Positions 57,369 to 64,000 of a stretch of DNA of 64,000 nucleotides are shown piece by piece. The stretch is from NCBI GenBank assembly GCA_945890755.1, contig CAMDDA010000001.1, forward strand, positions 7,656 through 71,655, read 5' to 3'. Under the pieces are notes generated by a model. The model saw nothing but the letters and a program-made list of their open reading frames with translations. It searched no databases and was not told the DNA's origin. The DNA is from Candidatus Kuenenia stuttgartensis. Its GTDB lineage: Bacteria > Planctomycetota > Planctomycetia > Pirellulales > UBA1268. A program made the translations under genes and the position numbers. Numbering within the stretch: the first letter of the stretch is position 1; each line of letters begins with the position of its first letter.

Positions 57369-57410
57369 ATGAGATTTCGATGAGGGCGATTTACCCGGTA
57401 TCCTGTCTGC

Positions 57411-58394
57411 ATGCCGCCGATTTTCTCCATTGCCCGCAATGCCTTTTTGGAGGCGATTCGCCAGCCGATCTTCATCGTGCTCGTGCTCGTGGGCCTCTTG
57501 GCGATGGTCTGCAACGTCAACCTCGCCGCGTTCACGATGGGGGAGGACGAAAAACTCCTGATCGATCTCTGCCTGAGCACCCTGCTCATCGTAGGCCTCT
57601 TGTTGGCGGCCTTCACAGCCTCGAGTGTGCTCTCCAAGGAGATCGAAAACAAGACGGTACTCACGGTCGTCAGCAAGCCGGTCACGCGGGCCGCCGTGAT
57701 CGTGGGCAAGTTTCTCGGCGTGGCGGGGGCCCTGGGCGTTGGCTACTACATCCTCACGCTCGCCTGCCTCCTGGCGGTGCGACACAAGCCGCAGATGGGG
57801 ATGGGCCGCGGCGAGATCTATGACGGACCCGTGCTCACGTTCAGCCTGCTCTTCGGCCTGCTCGCGCTCCTGACAGCCGGGCTGTTGAACTATCTCTACC
57901 GCCGGCCGTTCCCCTCCACGCTCACCGCCTGCCTCGCCGGCATGCTCACGATCGCCGTCGGGATCTGCTCCATCCTGGCCCGCGACTGGTGGCTGCAGGG
58001 CCCGCTCACCGACTACAACCCGCAGTTGATGTATGCGATCGGGATGGTGTTCCTCGCGATCCTCGTACTCTCGGCGGCGGCGATCGCGGCCTCCACGCGG
58101 GTCAATCAGGTGATCACGCTCCTGATCTGCTGCGGGGTTTTTCTCTTTGGGCTCGTGAGCGAGTTTTTCCTGGGGCGGTCGCTGGCCGAGGGCGCCAGCC
58201 CGCTCGTGCGATTGCTAGCGCCGCTCTACGTCGCGGTGCCGAACCTGCAGGTCTTCTGGGCGGCGGATGCACTCTCGCAGGGGCACGCAATCAGCCCGGA
58301 GTATTTCGCGAGCGTGGCGGCGTATGCGGCCGTGCTGATCACGGCGCTATTGTCACTGGCCGTGCTGCTCTTTCAGCGGCGGGACGTGGGGTGA
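57411..58394 (+). CDS. ABC-2-type transporter permease (no adjacent ATPase on the same strand)
   Basis: Six or more TM helices. Signature SKEIENKTVLTVVSKPVTRAAVIVGKF. Divergent from the SPFH-ABC operon across a 42-nt gap. Confidence 0.65.
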   Translation: MPPIFSIARNAFLEAIRQPIFIVLVLVGLLAMVCNVNLAAFTMGEDEKLLIDLCLSTLLIVGLLLAAFTASSVLSKEIENKTVLTVVSKPVTRAAVIVGKFLGVAGALGVGYYILTLACLLAVRHKPQMGMGRGEIYDGPVLTFSLLFGLLALLTAGLLNYLYRRPFPSTLTACLAGMLTIAVGICSILARDWWLQGPLTDYNPQLMYAIGMVFLAILVLSAAAIAASTRVNQVITLLICCGVFLFGLVSEFFLGRSLAEGASPLVRLLAPLYVAVPNLQVFWAADALSQGHAISPEYFASVAAYAAVLITALLSLAVLLFQRRDVG

Positions 58395-58398
58395 GTCG

Positions 58399-59616
58399 GT
58401 GGCGCAGCCCGCGGTCATGAACGCCGAACTGAGCGTGGCGGGCACGACCGAGTTCGACGTCACGATCCTGATGCCCTGCCTTGACGAGCGGATCACGCTG
58501 CCGGCCTGCATCGACACCGCGGAGGAGGCGGTGCGTCGGCTGGCCGAGCAGGGGCTCTCCGCGGAGATCCTGATTTCCGACAATGGCAGCCTGGATGGCA
58601 GCCAGGCCTATGCCCGCTCGCGGGGCTGCCGCGTCACGGAGTGCCCGACGCGGGGCTACGGGGCGGCGCTCATCCACGGCATCCGCGCGGCCCGCGGCCG
58701 GTTCATCGTGATGGGGGATTCCGACGCCTCGTACGACTTCCGCGAGGGCGTGCCGATGGTGGCGAAACTCACCGAGGGCTACGACCTCTGCATGGGGAAT
58801 CGGTTCACCGGAAGGATCATTCCCGGAGCGATGCCCCCGATGAACCGCTACCTGGGCAACCCCGCGCTCTCGGGCGTGCTCAATCTTTTTTTCCGCTCGG
58901 GCGTCGGCGACGCCCACAGCGGCCTGCGGGCGTTTCGCCGCGATGCGGCCCTCGGCCTGCAGCTCGTCTCGCCGGGGATGGAGTTTGCGAGCGAACTCGT
59001 CGTGAAGGCGGCCCTCAAGGGCCTGAAGATGACGGAGCTGCCGATCACGCTCCATCCCGACGGCCGCGATCGCAAGCCGCACCTGCGGCCCTGGCGGGAC
59101 GGTTGGCGGCATCTGCGGTTTCTGCTCGCGCTCTCGCCGCGCTGGCTATTCATCATTCCGTCGCTGGTGCTCGTCGCAATGGCCACGCTGATCGCTGTCG
59201 TGCTCTTTCAAACGCCTCCTGAGGAGGTCGCCCACTTTGGCCGATTTTGGATCGGCGACCATTGGCTGATCGCGGCTGGTGCGATGTTTCAGCTCGGCAT
59301 CTCGGGCATCACGCTTGGCACCATCGCCCGCGTCTGGGCGACGAAGCGTGGGTTTGTCCGGCGTTCGCAGCGGCTTGAGAGGTGGGTGGGCGCGATCCGC
59401 GACGACAAGGCGGTGCTCGCGGGCGGTGTGCTGACGGCGATCGGCGGTGTCGTGCTGGCGGGCGTTGCGTTCGACTTCCTCCGCGGCGGTTTTGGGCCGG
59501 GCGGCCGAATCCGGGAAATGGTGGTTGGTACATCGCTCGTCGTGGGTGGTATTCAGCTGATCTTTGCGTCGTTCGTGGTTTCACTTATCGACGACGAGTT
59601 GCCACCGCGGGCCTGA
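58399..59616 (+). CDS. family 2 glycosyltransferase with C-terminal membrane domain (polyprenyl-phosphate sugar synthase-like)
   Basis: VTILMPCLDE, ILISDNGSLDGS, GYGAAL, MGDSDASYD (DxD), then four TM helices. The start may be ATG 58417. Confidence 0.8.
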   Translation: MAQPAVMNAELSVAGTTEFDVTILMPCLDERITLPACIDTAEEAVRRLAEQGLSAEILISDNGSLDGSQAYARSRGCRVTECPTRGYGAALIHGIRAARGRFIVMGDSDASYDFREGVPMVAKLTEGYDLCMGNRFTGRIIPGAMPPMNRYLGNPALSGVLNLFFRSGVGDAHSGLRAFRRDAALGLQLVSPGMEFASELVVKAALKGLKMTELPITLHPDGRDRKPHLRPWRDGWRHLRFLLALSPRWLFIIPSLVLVAMATLIAVVLFQTPPEEVAHFGRFWIGDHWLIAAGAMFQLGISGITLGTIARVWATKRGFVRRSQRLERWVGAIRDDKAVLAGGVLTAIGGVVLAGVAFDFLRGGFGPGGRIREMVVGTSLVVGGIQLIFASFVVSLIDDELPPRA

Positions 59617-59647
59617 GAGGCCCATGGGGTCGCGGCGAGACGAATCC

Positions 59648-60772
59648 ATGCCCCAGACACTCCTCGCCCATCATTGGTTTTTCCAGCCGCGCGGGGGCGA
59701 GCGCGTGCTCGTTGAATTAGCCGCGTTGTTTCCCGCCGCTCCGATCCTCACGGCATTCGCGGCTGATGACGTCGCCGGCTGGCCCGCGGCGATAGCGGCC
59801 CTTCGGCCACGGGTACGGCCGAGCCGGCTGCAGAGGCTGTTTTGCGCCGCCGAGCGGATGCCGGCTCTCATGCCGCTGCTGTTGCCGCTGCTGCCCTGGG
59901 GCATGCGCAGATCTTTCAGTCGCGACCTCACCGGCGCTGGCCGTGTCATCGTGTCCGATGCGGGGCTTGCAAAGTCGCTCGCGCTCGAGACGACTGCGCC
60001 GGTGAGTGTCTACCTCCACAGCCCGATGCGGCACATCTGGCACGACGCTGAGCAGACGCTGTCAAAAGTGCCTGCAGCCGCCCGCCCGGCGGCGGACCGC
60101 ATGCTCGCGCGGCTGCGGCGGATCGATAGGGAGAGTGCGACTCGCGTGACGCACTGGGCGGTGAACTCGTGCACGACCGCCGAGCGGGCTGCGACCGCCT
60201 ATGGCCTGCCGCGTGAGCGATTCTCGGTGATCCATCCGCCGGTGGCCGTGCCGGATGAGCCAGCGGGTGATCTTCCGCGGTCCGGCCTGCTCGTCGTGTC
60301 AGGGATGGAGCCCTACAAAAAAGATCTGCTTGCGGTGCAGGCGGCGGCGCGTCTCGATCGGCCGCTCACGGTGGTGGGCGACGGGCCAGAGCGGCGGCGG
60401 CTCGAACGGGCCGCCGGTCCGAAGGCCCGGTTCATCGGCAAGGTCAGTGATGTAGACCTCGACCGCCTCTACCGCACGCATGCGATGCTGCTCTTCTGCG
60501 GCGTCGAGGATTTCGGGATCGTGCCGGTCGAGGCGATCGCCCGCGGTTGCCCGGTCGTGGCGCTCGGCAGCGGCGGCGCGACGGAGACGGTCGAGCCGGG
60601 CAAGACGGGTGTGTTGTTCTCGGAGCCCACGGTCGATGCAGTCGTTGCTGCGATAGAGGCCTGTGATGATACGGCGTGGGACCTCGGCCTGATGCACGCC
60701 CGTGCCGCACGGTTCGCCCCGGAGCAGTTTCGCGTTGCGATGAGCCGCTGGCTCGCGGAGGCGTTGTCGTGA
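59648..60772 (+). CDS. GT4/GT1-family glycosyltransferase
   Basis: Internal ATG at 59648. C-terminal E-x7-E block EDFGIVPVEAIARGCPVVALGSGGATETV. Confidence 0.75.
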   Translation: MPQTLLAHHWFFQPRGGERVLVELAALFPAAPILTAFAADDVAGWPAAIAALRPRVRPSRLQRLFCAAERMPALMPLLLPLLPWGMRRSFSRDLTGAGRVIVSDAGLAKSLALETTAPVSVYLHSPMRHIWHDAEQTLSKVPAAARPAADRMLARLRRIDRESATRVTHWAVNSCTTAERAATAYGLPRERFSVIHPPVAVPDEPAGDLPRSGLLVVSGMEPYKKDLLAVQAAARLDRPLTVVGDGPERRRLERAAGPKARFIGKVSDVDLDRLYRTHAMLLFCGVEDFGIVPVEAIARGCPVVALGSGGATETVEPGKTGVLFSEPTVDAVVAAIEACDDTAWDLGLMHARAARFAPEQFRVAMSRWLAEALS

Positions 60773-62949
60773 AACCATCGTCAACAGCGCCCGCGGTTCA
60801 TGGCACGCCCGTGGTGCTTGCTTTGATCGTCGTAGCGGGGCTTTTGGCTTACGCGAATGTGTTCTCCGGGCAGTTCGTTCTCGACGACCCGATCGAGATC
60901 GTCGCCAATCCGGCCCTCCGTACGCTCTGGCCGCCATGGATTGCCATGATGGGGGGCAACCAGGTCGCTGCGCGGCCGCTGCCCTATCTCAGCTTTGCGA
61001 TCGATCTGGCGATCTGGGGCCCGTCACCCGCCGGGTTTCATCTCACGAATCTGCTCGTCCACCTGGCCACCGCCTGCGGCCTCTTTCTGCTGACGGAGGC
61101 CACGCTCGCCCGCAGGGCAGAAACCCAGAAGCTGCGGGCCCAGGCCACGCCGATCGCTACTGCCGCCGCCGCCATCTGGGTCGCGCATCCGCTCACGACG
61201 GCGGCCGTGACATATGTCTATCAGCGGATCGAGGCGATCGCGGCCTGCCTCATCGTCTGGAGCCTTTATTGCGCCGCGCGGTCGTTCTCAATCGCCATCA
61301 ATGATCCCGGTCAGTCAGGCCAGCGGCGGCGGTGGCAGGCGGTGGCGATCGGCCTAGCGGTGGCTGCGATGCTCTCCAAGGAGACCGCGGTCGTCCTGCC
61401 GGTGCTCGTCGTTCTCTATTGGTGGATCTTCGCGACCGAGCGCAATGCCCGGCCGCGCCTGCCGTTTTTCGCCGGGATTGCCGCAACTTGGGGCGTCCTC
61501 GCGATCATGCTGCGAAGCGCCAGAGGAGCCTACGCGGAGCTCGGGCAGGCGGTCCATCCGCCGTTGCTCTACCTCCTCACCCAGACGCAAGTGATCCTGC
61601 ATTACCTGCGGCTGGCCATCTGGCCGGTCGGCCTCTGTCTCGACTACGACTGGCCACTGGTCGATGGCATCCGGGCGGCCGCGGGCTCGCTTGCCGTGGT
61701 GCTCGTCGCGTTCGTCGCGGCGGGGCTCGCGGCATTCCGCCGCCGTGTGTGGGCGTTTCCGGGCCTTGCGCTTTTCATCCTGCTCGCTCCCACCAGCAGC
61801 GTGATGCCTGTCGCCGATGTGGCTTTCGACCACCGGATGTATCTGCCGCTCTTCTGCGTGGTGGTGCTGGTCGCCGGGAGCGGTTGGTGGGCCCTCGGCC
61901 GATATGCAGACTGGTTTTCGCACGGCGGGCCCGCGGGGCGGGGCACGGAGCGAGAGCACGACGGGCCGCGGTGGGCCGCAGTTGCAACAGCGGCCGGCAT
62001 CGTGCTGGCCTTGGCGTGGGCAACCCACCTTCGAAACCGTGACTTTCACGATCCGCGGATCCTCTGGAGCCAGGCCCTGCAAAACAACCCGCAGGCGTTC
62101 CGTGCGAACTGGTGGGCGGCCGTCAATGCCGCGGCAGGGGGCGACGTCGATCGGGCAATCGATCATGCGGCCCGCTCGACGCGGCGGATGCCCAACGGGC
62201 TGGCGTTTCACGAGGTGGCCAAGCTGTTTTATCAGGCCGGCGATCTACCCGCCTGGGAGCGGACCTGCCGGGTGGGCATCGCGACGCTCGACGAAAACCG
62301 CTGGAGTGGCAGGCCGACGTGGTTCGACCTCCACGCGCTCCTGGCTGAATCGCTGCTCGCCCGCGGCGACACGGCGGCCGCGGCGGAGGTCTGTCGCTCG
62401 GTCCTGCCGCGAGCGCACACCGCCCTCCCCGAGCATCACGCGATCACGATCGGCCTGCGGCTGACGCTCCTACGGTGTCGGCTGGCCGAGATTCCCGTGG
62501 CCGTGAGCGTGGCGGAGGCCGAAGACCTGCTCCGCGACGCGATCGCGGGGCTGGGGCCCGGCCATCCCAAGGCGCTCGCGGTGCGGTCGGCGCTCGCGGT
62601 ATTGCTCGACAGGGCGGGTGACGCTGCTGCGGCCGAGCAGGCGCTGCGGGAGGTGATCCGGCTGCAGCGCGCGTCGGCCGGCAGCGCTGCCGAGGCCGGC
62701 GCAGCACTGGAGACGCTAGCGAGTTTTCTGGCATCGCACGGGCGTCATGCGGAGACCGTCCCGCTCTGGAGCGAGATCTGGCAGATTCGTGGTCGGTCTC
62801 TCGGGGCCGGCCATCCGCGGTCTCGCGCCGCGGGTGGCCAACTCGTCAAGGCCCTCGAGGCGAGCGGTCAGGCGGCGGAGGCCCGTGCGGTCGGTCGCCT
62901 GCTCGAGCAGGCTACTCGGTCCGAGCCGGCGGTTCCGCCTCACGACTAA
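60769..62949 (+). CDS. GT-C-fold polytopic glycosyltransferase with C-terminal TPR domain (PMT/TMTC-like)
   Basis: GTG at 60769 overlaps the upstream stop (GTGA). About 11 TM helices with an early DD motif loop (FVLDDPIEIVANP). TPR-like helical repeats fill the last ~300 aa. Confidence 0.6.
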   Translation: MKPSSTAPAVHGTPVVLALIVVAGLLAYANVFSGQFVLDDPIEIVANPALRTLWPPWIAMMGGNQVAARPLPYLSFAIDLAIWGPSPAGFHLTNLLVHLATACGLFLLTEATLARRAETQKLRAQATPIATAAAAIWVAHPLTTAAVTYVYQRIEAIAACLIVWSLYCAARSFSIAINDPGQSGQRRRWQAVAIGLAVAAMLSKETAVVLPVLVVLYWWIFATERNARPRLPFFAGIAATWGVLAIMLRSARGAYAELGQAVHPPLLYLLTQTQVILHYLRLAIWPVGLCLDYDWPLVDGIRAAAGSLAVVLVAFVAAGLAAFRRRVWAFPGLALFILLAPTSSVMPVADVAFDHRMYLPLFCVVVLVAGSGWWALGRYADWFSHGGPAGRGTEREHDGPRWAAVATAAGIVLALAWATHLRNRDFHDPRILWSQALQNNPQAFRANWWAAVNAAAGGDVDRAIDHAARSTRRMPNGLAFHEVAKLFYQAGDLPAWERTCRVGIATLDENRWSGRPTWFDLHALLAESLLARGDTAAAAEVCRSVLPRAHTALPEHHAITIGLRLTLLRCRLAEIPVAVSVAEAEDLLRDAIAGLGPGHPKALAVRSALAVLLDRAGDAAAAEQALREVIRLQRASAGSAAEAGAALETLASFLASHGRHAETVPLWSEIWQIRGRSLGAGHPRSRAAGGQLVKALEASGQAAEARAVGRLLEQATRSEPAVPPHD

Positions 62950-64000
62950 CGCCGCACGATGACGAGCGTCACCAGCGCGGCGCCGAGAGCGATCGGGAGG
63001 CCGAGCGTGAAGCCGGCGGGGCGATATGTGATCGTGAGCCGGCCGGCGGCATTCGGTGGCACGACGGCAGCAATGGCAACGTTTTTGTAGGCAGTCGTCG
63101 CGAGGGGTCGGCCGTCGAGCGTGGCCTGCCAGCCGGCGTACCAGGGCCGCGGGAAGACGACGAGTCGTGGGGCTTCGGCGGCGGGCAGGTCGATCGCGGC
63201 GCGGTGACGGCCGTCGATCACGAGCGGCGTGCGCTGCAGGCCTTGCTCGGCCGGTGCGTCAGGCGGAAGAACCGCGGCGGAGCGGCCCGCCACGCCGCGG
63301 CGGTGGTAGACATCGGCTTCCTCCCCCGACCACACCTGCTCCCACTCGGCATCGGGGAGCCTGCCGAGCCGGGCGGCGTGTTTCGAGATCACGAGCGAAT
63401 CGACGCCGATCGTGGCTAGCACGTCGTTTGGCCCCGCCCCTTCGGCAAACACCCAGCGCACCGCCTCGGGGAACATCTGCCCGTGGGTCTCGAAGGGGAG
63501 CATCGTGCCGATGCCCCGCGGATGGATCGGGCTGTAGCCGTTGATCATCCGGACGCCGGCGAGCATGGCGGAATTGCCAGGCCGAAACGCCTGGCCGAGG
63601 CTGCCCGGCGGGAGCCGCGACGTGGGCAGGTCTTCTTCGAGATAGAGGCTCATGTGGAGCCGATCGCGGTCGAGCGGCGCGGCGGCGAGGAATGACTCGT
63701 CGAACGGAAAAACTGGCACGGCGAGATTCGGCGGCACCCGCAGAAAGAGCGAGACGATTGCGGCTGCGACAACACCCGCAGGCAGCCAGGGCTCAATCGC
63801 GGCGAGGGCCGGGATCCCGGGGCGGAGCGTCGCGGCCAGGCCGATCGCGGCCCACGCGGCGGCGATGATGGCAAGATCGAGCATGTGCAGATCGAACTGC
63901 GGCAGTGACCAGCCGCAGGTGGCGAGATAGCCGAGGCCGATCGCGACGGCGACAAGGCCGCCGGCATGTCGCCAGCGGAGCCAGCGCGACTGAGTGCTGG
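62946..64000 (-). CDS. polytopic membrane protein, YfhO-like (5' end outside window)
   Basis: The frame stays open upstream of the track M at 63884 to the window edge (…GLVAVAIGLGYLATCGWSLPQFDLHMLDLAII…). It has a periplasmic-domain-like middle and a terminal TM helix (LGLPIALGAALVTLVIV). The family call is tentative. Confidence 0.4.
   Translation of the reverse strand, partial: STQSRWLRWRHAGGLVAVAIGLGYLATCGWSLPQFDLHMLDLAIIAAAWAAIGLAATLRPGIPALAAIEPWLPAGVVAAAIVSLFLRVPPNLAVPVFPFDESFLAAAPLDRDRLHMSLYLEEDLPTSRLPPGSLGQAFRPGNSAMLAGVRMINGYSPIHPRGIGTMLPFETHGQMFPEAVRWVFAEGAGPNDVLATIGVDSLVISKHAARLGRLPDAEWEQVWSGEEADVYHRRGVAGRSAAVLPPDAPAEQGLQRTPLVIDGRHRAAIDLPAAEAPRLVVFPRPWYAGWQATLDGRPLATTAYKNVAIAAVVPPNAAGRLTITYRPAGFTLGLPIALGAALVTLVIVRR

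Noticed and set aside
54144-57383. 1079-aa ORF on the plus strand
   Set aside because: It is antisense to the three SPFH genes. Its composition (R/G/E/L/H runs) is shadow-like.

Overview
High-GC (hand counts of about 70-77% per 60-nt line over most of the window) bacterial chromosomal segment. It most likely comes from a Planctomycetota (Pirellulales-like) genome. The grounds are a prepilin-leader DUF1559/H-X9-DG protein, a double sulfatase, an SHD1-domain protein and Pro-rich outer-membrane barrel candidates; this placement is inference. I support about 50 protein genes. Housekeeping genes: uxaC (partial), apt, mnmA, floA, pgk, class II RNR nrdJ, birA, rlmM-like, dnaN, a DUF721/DciA-like gene and gyrB. 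There is also a histidine kinase / sigma-54 activator pair, an actP-DUF485-sulfatase-ThuA block and a PfpI-Fur operon next to twin OM barrel paralogs. An AraC-uxaE module sits next to an L-fucose-like sugar oxidation cluster. A large envelope locus (47.6-64 kb) has three tandem SPFH/band-7 genes, an ABC-2 transporter, a 662-aa unknown protein and a divergent permease/GT2/GT4/GT-C-TPR glycosylation cluster. I found no rRNA, tRNA, CRISPR, transposase or integrase. Signals not explained by genes:
- Several families of intergenic palindromic repeats, which bracket araC-uxaE and supply stop codons to birA and the rlmM-like gene.
- A sigma-54 promoter in front of the DUF1559 gene.
- A Lys-rich 20-codon micro-ORF followed by a structured leader and a textbook terminator, upstream of the rlmM-like gene.
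- An AT-rich island upstream of dnaN.
- A perfect 27-bp inverted repeat enclosing the RBS and start codon of the ABC ATPase gene.
The ORF track shows GTG starts as M; I verified this at 57, 30838 and 36278. Many long ORFs are antisense shadows typical of high-GC DNA. Internal start coordinates come from residue offsets in the ORF track, and most were also checked against the sequence.
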